64,000 bases of DNA from Promethearchaeia archaeon (lineage in GTDB: Archaea > Asgardarchaeota > Lokiarchaeia > Sigyniarchaeales > SOKP01): assembly GCA_029856125.1 (NCBI GenBank), contig JAHQWJ010000143.1, positions 1 to 64,000 of the forward strand, written 5' to 3'. Shown here one piece after another: positions 27,771 through 37,602 of this stretch (the first letter of the stretch is position 1; every line of letters starts with the position of its first letter). The notes beneath the pieces are model-generated. The model saw only the letters and a program-made list of their open reading frames with translations, searched no databases and had not been told where the DNA came from. A program made the position numbers and the translations under genes.

Positions 27771-29549
27771 TTAATGTGTAAAGTAGCAAATCAGTATCTG
27801 ATTTTCCCACTTAATGGGATTTACAAATCCATATCTTTCGAACTGGATGGGCTTATTCAACGGTATATTTTGAAGACTTTTTTCTCCGTTTCCCATAGAC
27901 ACTGTTCCATCGGGTTTTATGATCGAAACTTTTACATTTTCTTTTTTGGGTACCCAATGTATTATACTATAATCCCGATTTAAATCGGAGCTGTGGAAAC
28001 GAGCTTGAATTTTACCATCGTTTACCCTTATAGAAGTTATTTGAATGTTTATAAGATCTTTTAGGCGTATTATTTGATCGACATTGAGTTTAACCATATC
28101 TGCTCGAGATATTAGAATCAACAATTTATTGTTTATAGCATCAACTTTAATTTTTCTCCTTCCTTTTTGTGGGTTGGTAGGTTGTAACAAAGGCTCAGCT
28201 ATGAAGTCTGAAAATGGAACATCGCTAATTTCAATTATTGTTGGTTCTTCTACGAAGAAATATCTATTTGAAAGTTCATCAATAATATCTTTATTCTTTG
28301 AATACAACCAGTTTACCGAAAAATTAATAGCATTAATTGATAATCCTAAGTCTAATAGAGAATCTCTTAAAGCTTTTGGTTCAATACCTCTCATTTTTAA
28401 CGATTGAAGGCTCCACGTACGAGGGTCGTCCCAGCCGCTATAGGTGCCATTAGCTATATTATTTCGAGCTTTTGTTTTACTTAATAGATTTTCTTCACTT
28501 TTACTCAAACCCGAAAAGTTTAAGCGCCCATAGTGGATGAACTCTGCCTTTTTCCATCCGAAATGGGCCCATATAAAATCTTCTATTACATCCTCTTTAA
28601 CTAAATCGGACCCTCTAAGTATGTGAGAAACACCAATAAGATAATCATCAATTGCCCAAGAAAACTCCAACATCGGCCAAACCAAATATTTAGTGCCTAC
28701 TCGTGGGTGTTCAGCTTCGGATATTCTCATAATAATTTGATCTCTTATTGCGGGATCTTTATACTTCATCCCAGTTTTCAACCTTACAACAACTTCAGTT
28801 TCATGATATTTCCCATTTAACATATTCTCCCATTCTTTTAAGTTAAAAGATAAGGTGTGATTTCTATGTGGACAATCTAATTTTCGATCTTTGTACTTAT
28901 TTTTAAATTCTGCCGCGGTACAAAAACAGACATATGCAAGATTATCTTTAATAAGTTTTTCGCAGTACTCATAATAAATTTCAAGTCGTTTACTTTTGTA
29001 ATAAACTTTTGAATAAGTAATACCTAACCACTTTAGGCCATCCTCTATTAACTTATAAGCTTCTGGGAGCACATATTTAGCTTTAGAAGTATTTCTCAAT
29101 GATTTTGGACTTCCGATCGTGTCATCAAAGAAAAGTATTAAGTCTCCGTTGTATTTTTTGATATATTCGCTGTTCAAGACTACCATCCTTGCGTTTCCAA
29201 TGTGTAAAGCTCCACTTGGGTATGGTGCTAAGCGCATCACTATTTTATCGTAATTCTGAGCATTAGGCAACTCTGGTAGTGTTTTCTTTTCTTTCTTTGA
29301 TACTTTTTTCTCTAAAGCATCGGGCTTTAACTCTAGTAACTTTGCTTCTTGTTCTTGAAGAGTTAATTTGGAGATTTCTAAGACAATCTCATCTTGAATA
29401 AGTTTTATTTCTTTTATTTGAGATTTGAGCTCTGGGTTTTGCCCTATAAGTTTTCCTAGAATGGCTTTTACATTTGGTTTACCTCCAAATTTTACTGAAT
29501 TTTCAAGGCTATAAATCCATAATAATCGCTTTATTTCTGAATTTTCCAC
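27771..29549 (-). CDS. gltX: Glutamate--tRNA ligase (archaeal type)
   Basis: RLAPYPSGALHIGN, AYVCFC, SHILRG, LSKT, WDDPR, QFERYGF. Confidence 0.95.
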   Translation of the reverse strand: MENSEIKRLLWIYSLENSVKFGGKPNVKAILGKLIGQNPELKSQIKEIKLIQDEIVLEISKLTLQEQEAKLLELKPDALEKKVSKKEKKTLPELPNAQNYDKIVMRLAPYPSGALHIGNARMVVLNSEYIKKYNGDLILFFDDTIGSPKSLRNTSKAKYVLPEAYKLIEDGLKWLGITYSKVYYKSKRLEIYYEYCEKLIKDNLAYVCFCTAAEFKNKYKDRKLDCPHRNHTLSFNLKEWENMLNGKYHETEVVVRLKTGMKYKDPAIRDQIIMRISEAEHPRVGTKYLVWPMLEFSWAIDDYLIGVSHILRGSDLVKEDVIEDFIWAHFGWKKAEFIHYGRLNFSGLSKSEENLLSKTKARNNIANGTYSGWDDPRTWSLQSLKMRGIEPKALRDSLLDLGLSINAINFSVNWLYSKNKDIIDELSNRYFFVEEPTIIEISDVPFSDFIAEPLLQPTNPQKGRRKIKVDAINNKLLILISRADMVKLNVDQIIRLKDLINIQITSIRVNDGKIQARFHSSDLNRDYSIIHWVPKKENVKVSIIKPDGTVSMGNGEKSLQNIPLNKPIQFERYGFVNPIKWENQILICYFTH

Positions 29550-29710
29550 TATTTAAACCTCTCTAAAGATCATCAATATGATTGTATAAAATTTTATTTT
29601 ATAGCTATTTGAGTATTAATAATAAACCTTATCAGAAAAAATATATCATTATTAAGGTGAATATCAGCATTAATACATTGTAGCGTTTGTAATTAATTAA
29701 AAAGGAAAAT

Positions 29711-30007
29711 TTGGTGGTTAAGATCTATTATCGTGGTTACATACTTATTAGACTAAAAGTAATTGGAACTGAATGGGAAGTTGTAAAAAGATTAACAAAT
29801 TTAAGATCGAATAATCCAGAGGAAGATTGGGCAGTGACTTACACAACTCCTGTTTACGGCGGATGGGACTTAGTAGCAGAATGCAAATTTACTAAACTTC
29901 AAGAACTGGATAAAATCGTAGCTTATATTCGCGTTGACGATGATTTATCTAACTGGGTCGAGGAAACCACTACATTAGTATCTAGTAAGCCTGATTATCC
30001 TAAGTAA
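29711..30007 (+). CDS. Stand-alone Lrp/AsnC ligand-binding (RAM)-like domain
   Basis: YILI...VYGGWDLVAE...VEETTTLV pattern; no HTH. Confidence 0.65.
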   Translation: MVVKIYYRGYILIRLKVIGTEWEVVKRLTNLRSNNPEEDWAVTYTTPVYGGWDLVAECKFTKLQELDKIVAYIRVDDDLSNWVEETTTLVSSKPDYPK

Positions 30008-30157
30008 ATAAGATAATTAGATCTATTCTTCTATTACAAAATTCAATGAATTATTAGAAATATAATCTTGGATAATTCTAACTCATCTTTCTAATACTTA
30101 ATAGAGAAATAAAGTATTTTAGCTTTAAAGTATTTAAACAATTATTAATAAAATATT

Positions 30158-30260
30158 AGCCCAGTAGTCGAGTGGATAAGACGCTTGCCTGCGAAGCAAG
30201 TGATCAGGGGTTCAATCTTCTTAAAACTTCTTATAGAAGGAATAATTCCCCTCTGGGCTA
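30158..30260 (+). tRNA. tRNA-Arg(GCG) with 30-nt intron (30216-30245) at position 58/59
   Basis: Acceptor AGCCCAG/CTGGGCT, anticodon arm CTTGC-CTGCGAA-GCAAG, T-arm AGGGG-TTCAA|TT-CCCCT. BHB: helix GTTC/GAAT with two AAT bulges. Confidence 0.92.
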
Positions 30261-30268
30261 CTATATCT

Positions 30269-31066
30269 CTAATCTATGTATTGTAAAACTTCTTCTATTG
30301 ATTTAATTCTTGTTAAATTAGGAATATTAATTTCTTTTTCATAAGGGAACTCATAATCTCTCTCTTTTAAGATAATTTGCATACCTACTCTATTGGCACC
30401 GACTATATCAGCAGCCTCATCACCTACCATTATACAATATTCTGCATCGTTTTTCGTTAATCCCATTCTCTTTAGAGTATGAAAAAAAATGTCAGAATTT
30501 GGCTTTCTTTTGCCAAACTTAGCAGAAGTCACACTAACATCAAAATAATCATTCATTTCATTATCTCTAAGTAAATTTTTAATAGTTTTATGATTTGGAT
30601 GATTGGATATAAGCCCAATTTTTAAGTTTGATATTTTAGATAAAGTTTCTAAAGTAAATTTTGTTTTTTCATCGGGTTTCCATTCTTCTTCTTCACAGGA
30701 ATGATACAACTCCGCAAGTTTTTCCAAAAAATTGTTTTTTATTTTCTCTTCTTGAATTTCATAGCCTTTTTCTTTTAACAGGTCCAATGTCGTCTTAAAC
30801 AATAAAGTAGTGGGGAATTCATCTTTTGTTTTCATTGCTTGTTTAAAATAGGTAGCTCTCTTTTTGTTGAAAATTTTCATGAAATCTTCCGTCATTTGGC
30901 CCTTGTCTTCTATTATTTTCTCTTGCTTGAGAACATTAATAGATTTTGACATTCCCCTCCTAAAACAATCAAAGTATTTTTTCATTGAGACGTTTTTAAA
31001 ATGAAATAGTGTAAAACCAAAGTCAAATATGATTGCCCTTACTTTCATTCTAGATATATAAATCAC
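30269..31066 (-). CDS. HAD-superfamily hydrolase
   Basis: IIFDFGFTL, ISN, KRKP, MVGD...DIVGA. Confidence 0.9.
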   Translation of the reverse strand: MIYISRMKVRAIIFDFGFTLFHFKNVSMKKYFDCFRRGMSKSINVLKQEKIIEDKGQMTEDFMKIFNKKRATYFKQAMKTKDEFPTTLLFKTTLDLLKEKGYEIQEEKIKNNFLEKLAELYHSCEEEEWKPDEKTKFTLETLSKISNLKIGLISNHPNHKTIKNLLRDNEMNDYFDVSVTSAKFGKRKPNSDIFFHTLKRMGLTKNDAEYCIMVGDEAADIVGANRVGMQIILKERDYEFPYEKEINIPNLTRIKSIEEVLQYID

Positions 31067-31178
31067 TTGAAGGAATATTAAGCTATCTCTCTAAGATTTT
31101 TAATGAGAATTTTACCTTATATTAATAATTTAATAGATATATAAAAGATTGAACTAAATAATTATTTTTATTAAGATT

Positions 31179-31709
31179 ATGTCAATGGATAAGTGGCTGG
31201 ATGACGAAGAAACCAAAGAAAAGAAAAAAAAAAGAAATGAAATTTATAGCAGCTTATCAAATGAAGAAAAAAATGATCTAAGTAAACAAAAAATCCGCGA
31301 ATTAGTAAAAAAAGACGAAATTACTAGTAGTTTTGACGAGAGTAGAAAGGGCTTTTTAACCAAAGTTTTAGAGTTTAAAGATTGGTTGGATAATCGAGCA
31401 TATATAAAAGGAGACATTGAAAGAATTCAAACTTGGGTAGAGAATCTATACTCTATGGTTGATATAAGCATAAATTTCCAGAACAAAGCAAGTGTTAATA
31501 ATGGAAAAGTGCCCTTGATTAATAGCTATAAATCTATCCCTGTCAAATTTTTAGATGAAAAGACGCGGATTGCATTGAATAAAAAGCTGAGAGGTATGAA
31601 GCGAACTAACTCAGATAATTATTATTTACGAAAGCTAAAAATTATCGTTAAAGAAAAATTAAAAGACGCAGAATATTACAATATCTTAAGAGACATATTA
31701 GAGAGTTGA
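31179..31709 (+). CDS. Hypothetical helical protein
   Basis: 176-aa ORF, 7 bp upstream of the nucleotidyltransferase gene. Confidence 0.7.
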   Translation: MSMDKWLDDEETKEKKKKRNEIYSSLSNEEKNDLSKQKIRELVKKDEITSSFDESRKGFLTKVLEFKDWLDNRAYIKGDIERIQTWVENLYSMVDISINFQNKASVNNGKVPLINSYKSIPVKFLDEKTRIALNKKLRGMKRTNSDNYYLRKLKIIVKEKLKDAEYYNILRDILES

Positions 31710-31716
31710 TTTTAAT

Positions 31717-32805
31717 TTGAAATTAGTTTGTCCAATCGCAGGCGTAGGAAAAAGACTTCAACCATTTACCTATTCAAAACCTAAAGCTTTCCTTAAAATT
31801 GCAGGAAACAGGCTCATCGACCACATATTGATTAAGCTAAAAAGAACGTTCCCAAAAAATACGGAAATTGCCTTCATTGTGGGCTATAAAAAACGACAAA
31901 TAACTGAATATATTACTGAACATTTTTCTGATTACTTTAATCTTGAATTTATCGAACAGAAACCACTTGGCTATTTAGCAGATACTCCATTTTTTAGCGG
32001 CCTTGGAGATGCTATTTTACTAGCCAAGAATTTTGTTAATAATGATGACTGTTTCATTTTTCTAAGCGATAGGCTTCCAATGGAAGATTATTCTTCAATT
32101 GTATTAACCTATCACCAAGGCGAATGTGACGGAGTGATAAATATTAAAAAAGTTGATAATCCTAAGTTTTATGGAGTTACGGTAATAGATGATAATGCTA
32201 AAATAAAAAGAATAGTGGAAAAACCAGAAGAGTTTATTTCTGATTATGCTGTTTCTGGAGCTTATCTTTTTGGAAAAAAAATAGTGAATAGATTATTTGA
32301 GCTTTTAGATGAACAAAGCAAGGTTGAACTCGAAAACGGGAAAGAGCATCTTTTTACTCCTATAATAGAACAGCTTATTAATGAAGGGATCATGATTAAA
32401 GGGAATATAATGCAGAATGAAATATTGGACTTCGGAAGACCAGAAACATTACTTGAAGGAAATCGATATTTATTATCGGAAACCAAAATAAAGGACCCAT
32501 TATTTGAATCAAAATTCCAAACGGGAAACATTTTAGACTCTAAAATTGTTCCTCCGGTTTTTATAGGAAAAAATGTGAGCATTAAGAATTCAGTAATAGG
32601 TCCAAATGTTTCTATAGGAGATGATTTATCTATCGAAAAATGCATCCTCTCCGAATCTGTAATCGGAGATGGGGTATTCTTAAGAAAAATCATATCGTCT
32701 AACAGTATTATTGGAGACTACTCCATTTTAGAAGACCTAATTAAGAAAAATATCACTATTGGCGACTCTTCTTATATTACAACTTCAAAAATAAAATCTT
32801 TTTAA
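31717..32805 (+). CDS. Sugar-1-phosphate nucleotidyltransferase (long form with left-handed beta-helix)
   Basis: PIAGVGKRLQPFTYSKPK, GLGDAI, VEKP, DFGRPE, IGPNVSIG. Confidence 0.9.
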   Translation: MKLVCPIAGVGKRLQPFTYSKPKAFLKIAGNRLIDHILIKLKRTFPKNTEIAFIVGYKKRQITEYITEHFSDYFNLEFIEQKPLGYLADTPFFSGLGDAILLAKNFVNNDDCFIFLSDRLPMEDYSSIVLTYHQGECDGVINIKKVDNPKFYGVTVIDDNAKIKRIVEKPEEFISDYAVSGAYLFGKKIVNRLFELLDEQSKVELENGKEHLFTPIIEQLINEGIMIKGNIMQNEILDFGRPETLLEGNRYLLSETKIKDPLFESKFQTGNILDSKIVPPVFIGKNVSIKNSVIGPNVSIGDDLSIEKCILSESVIGDGVFLRKIISSNSIIGDYSILEDLIKKNITIGDSSYITTSKIKSF

Positions 32806-32822
32806 TAAATAAAAAAAAAGAA

Positions 32823-34253
32823 TTAGTTTAATTTTGGACGCTTTTCTTGCCATGGGGAAACTTCTTCAAATGCTTTTGAGACTTGAAGAACTGTTCTTTC
32901 ATCATAACGCTTTCCAACAATTTGCATTCCAATTGGTAACCCAGAATTAGACCAACCAGACGGAATTGACGCAGCAGGGAGACCTGTCATGTTAAAAGGA
33001 TACGTATATGTCATCCAACTCATAATACTCAATGTTTTTTTCCCTATTGATGGAAACGTAGTCCCCGTTTCTAACCAACCTGGTTTAATAGCAGGACAAG
33101 GTAATGTTGGTGTTATCAATATGTCATAATCCTTAAAATACTGGTACATAACTTCGTAAACATGTTTTCTTTGTTCTCTAGCTTTTCCAATATTCATAGC
33201 ACTATTATCTAAACCTAATCTTATGGAGCCTTTTAAATCTGGACTAAGGTCTTCAGGTCTATTATTAAAATCTTTTTGCAAATCATAGGCATAACCAATG
33301 GAGACCTCTGTTTTATATGCTGATTCTGGTTTTCTTATTTTTAAATTTGCTTCTTCTATATCCCAATCAAATCGCTCAAACTTTTGAATACCATCAAGAA
33401 CATTTTCTTTAACCTCATCATCTAGAATTTTTCCATAACCTAAAGTCATAGAATACCCTATTTTTAATTTTTTAGGTTTTTCATCGAGTACCTTAGCATA
33501 ATCAATGTCATCGTCGGGAAAAGAATTATGATCCCCCGGATGGTGACCTTTCATAGCATTTAACATAAGAGCGGCGTCCTTTACATGGCGTACAATTGGA
33601 CCGTAATGATCCATTGAGTAAAACGCTATTCCAATACGGGGATAACTAGGAATACGCCCAAAAGTAGGTTTTAATCCATAGACTCCGCAACAGCTACAAG
33701 GTACTCTAATTGAGCCCCCTCCATCTGATCCTAAAGCTAATGGCCCTATCCCCCCTGCAACGGCTGAAGCAGCTCCTCCGCTAGAACCTCCTGAATTCCG
33801 TTCAATATCCCATGGATTTTTTGTTTCTCCAAAGATTTTGTTGTTTGTAAGAGCGATAGCACCAAATTCTGGCGTATTTGTTTTGCCTAGTATGACGCAA
33901 CCAGACGCAATTAATCTTTGAACCGCAACATCATCTTGTTCGGGAATAAAATCTTCATACAATTTAGAACCAAAAGTAGTTCTTATTCCTTTAGTCTGCA
34001 TTAAATCCTTAATTGATGTTGGAATTCCATGTAATAATCCTAATGTTTCACTTCTTTTAACTGCTTCATCTGCTTTTTTGGCAGTTTCTCTTGCTAATTC
34101 AAAAGTAGGAGTACAATAAGCATTTATTATAGGATTGATTTTTTCTATTCGTTCAATTATGGTTTCAGTAATTTCAATTGATGATAATTCTTGAGATTTG
34201 ATTTTTTCTCGCATCTCGAAAGCCGACATAAAACAGATATCCTCTTTATTCAT
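32823..34253 (-). CDS. Amidase signature family enzyme
   Basis: IKDL, GKTNTPEF, GGSSGGAA, GSDGGGSIR. Confidence 0.92.
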   Translation of the reverse strand: MNKEDICFMSAFEMREKIKSQELSSIEITETIIERIEKINPIINAYCTPTFELARETAKKADEAVKRSETLGLLHGIPTSIKDLMQTKGIRTTFGSKLYEDFIPEQDDVAVQRLIASGCVILGKTNTPEFGAIALTNNKIFGETKNPWDIERNSGGSSGGAASAVAGGIGPLALGSDGGGSIRVPCSCCGVYGLKPTFGRIPSYPRIGIAFYSMDHYGPIVRHVKDAALMLNAMKGHHPGDHNSFPDDDIDYAKVLDEKPKKLKIGYSMTLGYGKILDDEVKENVLDGIQKFERFDWDIEEANLKIRKPESAYKTEVSIGYAYDLQKDFNNRPEDLSPDLKGSIRLGLDNSAMNIGKAREQRKHVYEVMYQYFKDYDILITPTLPCPAIKPGWLETGTTFPSIGKKTLSIMSWMTYTYPFNMTGLPAASIPSGWSNSGLPIGMQIVGKRYDERTVLQVSKAFEEVSPWQEKRPKLN

Positions 34254-34463
34254 AGTATTTTACCTCAGTAGAATTAATTTTGATATATTAATGATTATTT
34301 GAAGTATCTAATATAAATTACTTTCTTTAATTAAGGTAAAATAATTGTCGATTTCCAAAATCAAATTTTTAAGTTTAAAAAAATTATTATGCTGTAATTT
34401 ACTAAAGAAAATATTCTATTAAAGAAACTTTCGCAGAACCTAAAAACGAATATTGATGTAAAA

Positions 34464-35144
34464 GTGAATCAAAAATTAAAAATAATTTTTATAGTAGGAA
34501 TTTTAAATTTCGTTATATTCAGTTCCTGTTTTAATGTAATTGGTAAAGCAGAGATAGAGCATGAAATTGGTTTTACTGAAGGAACCGAATTAATTTGGGA
34601 GATTACAGTACTAGACCTAGAAAGTTTTAGAGAGATTTTCGGATCTGATCCCAATTTTGAATTAGGAGATCAAATTAGAATGATTATAAGAGAAATCAAT
34701 GAACTTACATTTTATTGGAATATATATATAGAATTTTGGGATTATAAGACTGATTGGGGATTGAGTGGTGAAACTATCGAAATCCTTATCGCAAAATCTC
34801 CAGATGCTTATGACGATTACCTATTCAGTCTTACACCTGTAGAAGATTATTTAGAACAAGCGATAGCGGCTCTACCTTCTGAGTATTCTAGAAGTGGTTT
34901 AACAATATTTAAACAAGGTAAAAGCGACTCTGGAATGGATTATTTATGGGAAAAGCAATTTGATTCAAGAGGGATTCTTGTAATAGAAACTTATTACGAT
35001 GAGTCTGATGAGATAATAATAAAAAGTGAAGGGAAATTTCAGATTATTCCTTTTGGTATAACTTTTATTGGTTTTACAATATTTGCTATTATTGCCATAA
35101 TAGTTGTTTCTATAAAAAAGAAAAATCTCAGAATTAAAATTTAA
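34464..35144 (+). CDS. Acidic exported protein with signal peptide and C-terminal TM anchor
   Basis: Hydrophobic N-terminus, acidic body, C-terminal IPFG + TM + KKK. Confidence 0.7.
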   Translation: MNQKLKIIFIVGILNFVIFSSCFNVIGKAEIEHEIGFTEGTELIWEITVLDLESFREIFGSDPNFELGDQIRMIIREINELTFYWNIYIEFWDYKTDWGLSGETIEILIAKSPDAYDDYLFSLTPVEDYLEQAIAALPSEYSRSGLTIFKQGKSDSGMDYLWEKQFDSRGILVIETYYDESDEIIIKSEGKFQIIPFGITFIGFTIFAIIAIIVVSIKKKNLRIKI

Positions 35145-35541
35145 AATCTTTTTGCCAGTGCTTATACCCAATTTGCCAAAGTTTTAATCTAGGTTTATTT
35201 ACTTTACTATCCAGTTCAATTCCAGGTAGAGGATGGTCCATAATATTATGATAACGCTCATAATATTCTTCAGCATTAGAAGTCCCTTCAATCATATTTA
35301 AAATAGCTTTTTCTGTAAAATACAGGATTAAATCTGGTTTAATATTAGGCTTAGTTTTTGTCATCTCTAGCAATTTTTCATTCTTTTTGAATAAAAAGAA
35401 GTTAAGTTTGATATTTGTATCATCGGTGGATTGCTCAGTGATACTATATTCCCAACATGCTTTTACATGTAAATGCCTCATTAAATCTAATTGATTTGGA
35501 AAAAATTCTTTTAATTTTGTATATAATTTATCAGGATCCAT
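35134..35541 (-). CDS. Hypothetical SCP2 (sterol carrier)-like protein, paralogue of 37105..37584
   Basis: KPDLILYFTEKAILNMIEG SCP2-like segment; collinear similarity with 37105..37584. Confidence 0.5.
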   Translation of the reverse strand: MDPDKLYTKLKEFFPNQLDLMRHLHVKACWEYSITEQSTDDTNIKLNFFLFKKNEKLLEMTKTKPNIKPDLILYFTEKAILNMIEGTSNAEEYYERYHNIMDHPLPGIELDSKVNKPRLKLWQIGYKHWQKDFKF

Positions 35542-35553
35542 TGTGTATGAAAA

Positions 35554-37047
35554 TTATTTAATTTTTTCTAAATTCAGCGAAGTCCCATCATATATAAATT
35601 TTCCATAAACTAACTCTTGAGGATAATATTTACAACCTGCTGGATAAGCAGAATCTTTAATTCCTCCTAATGAAACCGTAATATCTACAAGCATAGGTCT
35701 AGCATTAATATAAATATTTGCAGCTTCTAATTGGTTCTTAAAAACCTCAATATTATTCAAATTAGAAGTGTAAACTACCGCTCTCATACCATAATTACTC
35801 GCATTTGCTAATCTAATTGCATCTTTCATATCTTTGGCTTTAGTAATAGAACGGACAGGTCCAAAAGCCTCTTCTCTCCATAAAAACGGAGCCCTAGATA
35901 AATCTTCACACAATTCTGGTTTGATTTCCACCAGAGTCGGCGTATAAAATAATCCATAGTCTTCTCCTGTATCAATTTTTTCACCACCAGTATATATTTT
36001 TACCCCATATTCTTTAGCATCAGCCACCATGACATCCATCATCGTTAGTATACGTCGACTCCCTAATGGTCCAATATCAACAGCGGGATCTGTGGGGTCT
36101 CCATATTTTAATTTCTCAATTTCTTTTATCAGACATTCTGTATATTCATCATATATATCTTGGTGGACTATAATTCGCTTCATAGAGAAACATTGTTGAC
36201 CTGAATTGGTGTAACTTGCCATAGCATTCCATTTTGCTACATTTTCTAAATTAATATCATCCATTACGATTCCCGCATCATTTCCTGCGCACTCAAAGAA
36301 GAATTGTTTAAAAGGTTGAGTATACATTGTGACTCCCATTGATTTATCTGCAGTTTTTTTAAGCATCCTTCCATATCTCACAAGAATATCTTTTGCAGTA
36401 TGCGAAGAAGTAACCGTCATAATAATCTTGATTAATTGAGATTTAAGAAATTCATCTACAGCCCATTCTCCGGGAGCTATAACCAAATCTAATGCATCTA
36501 ACCCAGGAAAATCCATATCCTCCATGGTGGAATAGGCTTCTAACATAGTTAAGGGGCATGCAGTAGATGGTTTAACAACCGCACCATTTCCTACTAAATA
36601 ATTAGCGCCCATCTGATAAAGGGGAAGGCTAATTGGTGTGTTACGAGGCGAAATACAAGCAGATAATCCATGTGGAATATATTTTATAATTACATTTTTC
36701 TCTCCTTCAATACCAGTTAATGGTTTGTCTTCTATAAATTGATAATACCAATCGCAAAATCGGAAGCCCGTAAGCACAATGTTCAGTTCCCAATCCGAAT
36801 ATTTGATCGGTAAACCTCCTTCTGCTACAACTAAATCTTTTAGTTTTTTCTTTTTAAATCGCATTTTACTTGCATATTTAGAGAGAATTTGAGCGCGTTC
36901 AAAGAAGTCCATTTCTTTTAATAAATGTTGATTTTTATGTACTTTTTTTATTTTATCTCTTAGAGACTCAGGTGTATCTGCTTGTATGGTATCAATAACT
37001 TCTCCAGTATATTTATTTTTTATTTCTAATTCTTGAACTGTTGTCAT
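35554..37047 (-). CDS. Aldehyde dehydrogenase family protein (divergent)
   Basis: PRNTP, VVKPS, FECAGND, catalytic NSGQQC, EEAFGP, ANASNYGM. Confidence 0.9.
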   Translation of the reverse strand: MTTVQELEIKNKYTGEVIDTIQADTPESLRDKIKKVHKNQHLLKEMDFFERAQILSKYASKMRFKKKKLKDLVVAEGGLPIKYSDWELNIVLTGFRFCDWYYQFIEDKPLTGIEGEKNVIIKYIPHGLSACISPRNTPISLPLYQMGANYLVGNGAVVKPSTACPLTMLEAYSTMEDMDFPGLDALDLVIAPGEWAVDEFLKSQLIKIIMTVTSSHTAKDILVRYGRMLKKTADKSMGVTMYTQPFKQFFFECAGNDAGIVMDDINLENVAKWNAMASYTNSGQQCFSMKRIIVHQDIYDEYTECLIKEIEKLKYGDPTDPAVDIGPLGSRRILTMMDVMVADAKEYGVKIYTGGEKIDTGEDYGLFYTPTLVEIKPELCEDLSRAPFLWREEAFGPVRSITKAKDMKDAIRLANASNYGMRAVVYTSNLNNIEVFKNQLEAANIYINARPMLVDITVSLGGIKDSAYPAGCKYYPQELVYGKFIYDGTSLNLEKIK

Positions 37048-37104
37048 ATTTTTAATTACCTTTCTAATTTTACTGATGTTTCTAATATTTATTTAAGAAG
37101 ATTT

Positions 37105-37584
37105 TTAAATACTATTAATATCGTCATAATCATTGAGAATCCCAGAAGTCTGGGCAAATTTTCCATAGCCCATATCGATTATAGTTTGTGTTCTTTTATG
37201 TAATACAAAATCAACCCATCCTTTCTCATCATCTGGATCATTATAAAATGATCCGCAAAGTTCAGCATATTCTACTTTTGATTTCGTTTGAATTAATTTT
37301 TTAACAGCACTTACCGAGAGCGCTAATTCTAAATCAGAATCAACTGCTCCTCCGGATTTTATTTCAATTCCGTTTCCATTTCTCAGCACATTAAAGATAT
37401 CTACAGGAGATTCTTTATAATATGTTTCAGCTGAATCATAAAGGGCGAAGTCAAAGATCGAGCCTGATATTAGATCAGAAAAAATTTCGGGATATTGTGC
37501 AAGAAATGTGGTGTATTTTTTAGCTATTTCTGTTTTATAAGCTTCTTTATCAATAATTTGACTTGTTAATTCATCTTCTAACAT
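37105..37584 (-). CDS. Hypothetical SCP2-like protein, paralogue of 35134..35541
   Basis: GIEIKSGGAVDSDLELALSVSAVKKLI SCP2-like segment. Confidence 0.5.
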   Translation of the reverse strand: MLEDELTSQIIDKEAYKTEIAKKYTTFLAQYPEIFSDLISGSIFDFALYDSAETYYKESPVDIFNVLRNGNGIEIKSGGAVDSDLELALSVSAVKKLIQTKSKVEYAELCGSFYNDPDDEKGWVDFVLHKRTQTIIDMGYGKFAQTSGILNDYDDINSI

Positions 37585-37602
37585 GATTTTGTAAAATTTT
37601 TA

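Noticed and set aside
32823-34253. gatA (near gltX)
   Set aside because: Generic amidase signature only; GatA-specific SNLxRxDG and EVKRRI segments are absent and there is no gatB/gatC neighbour.
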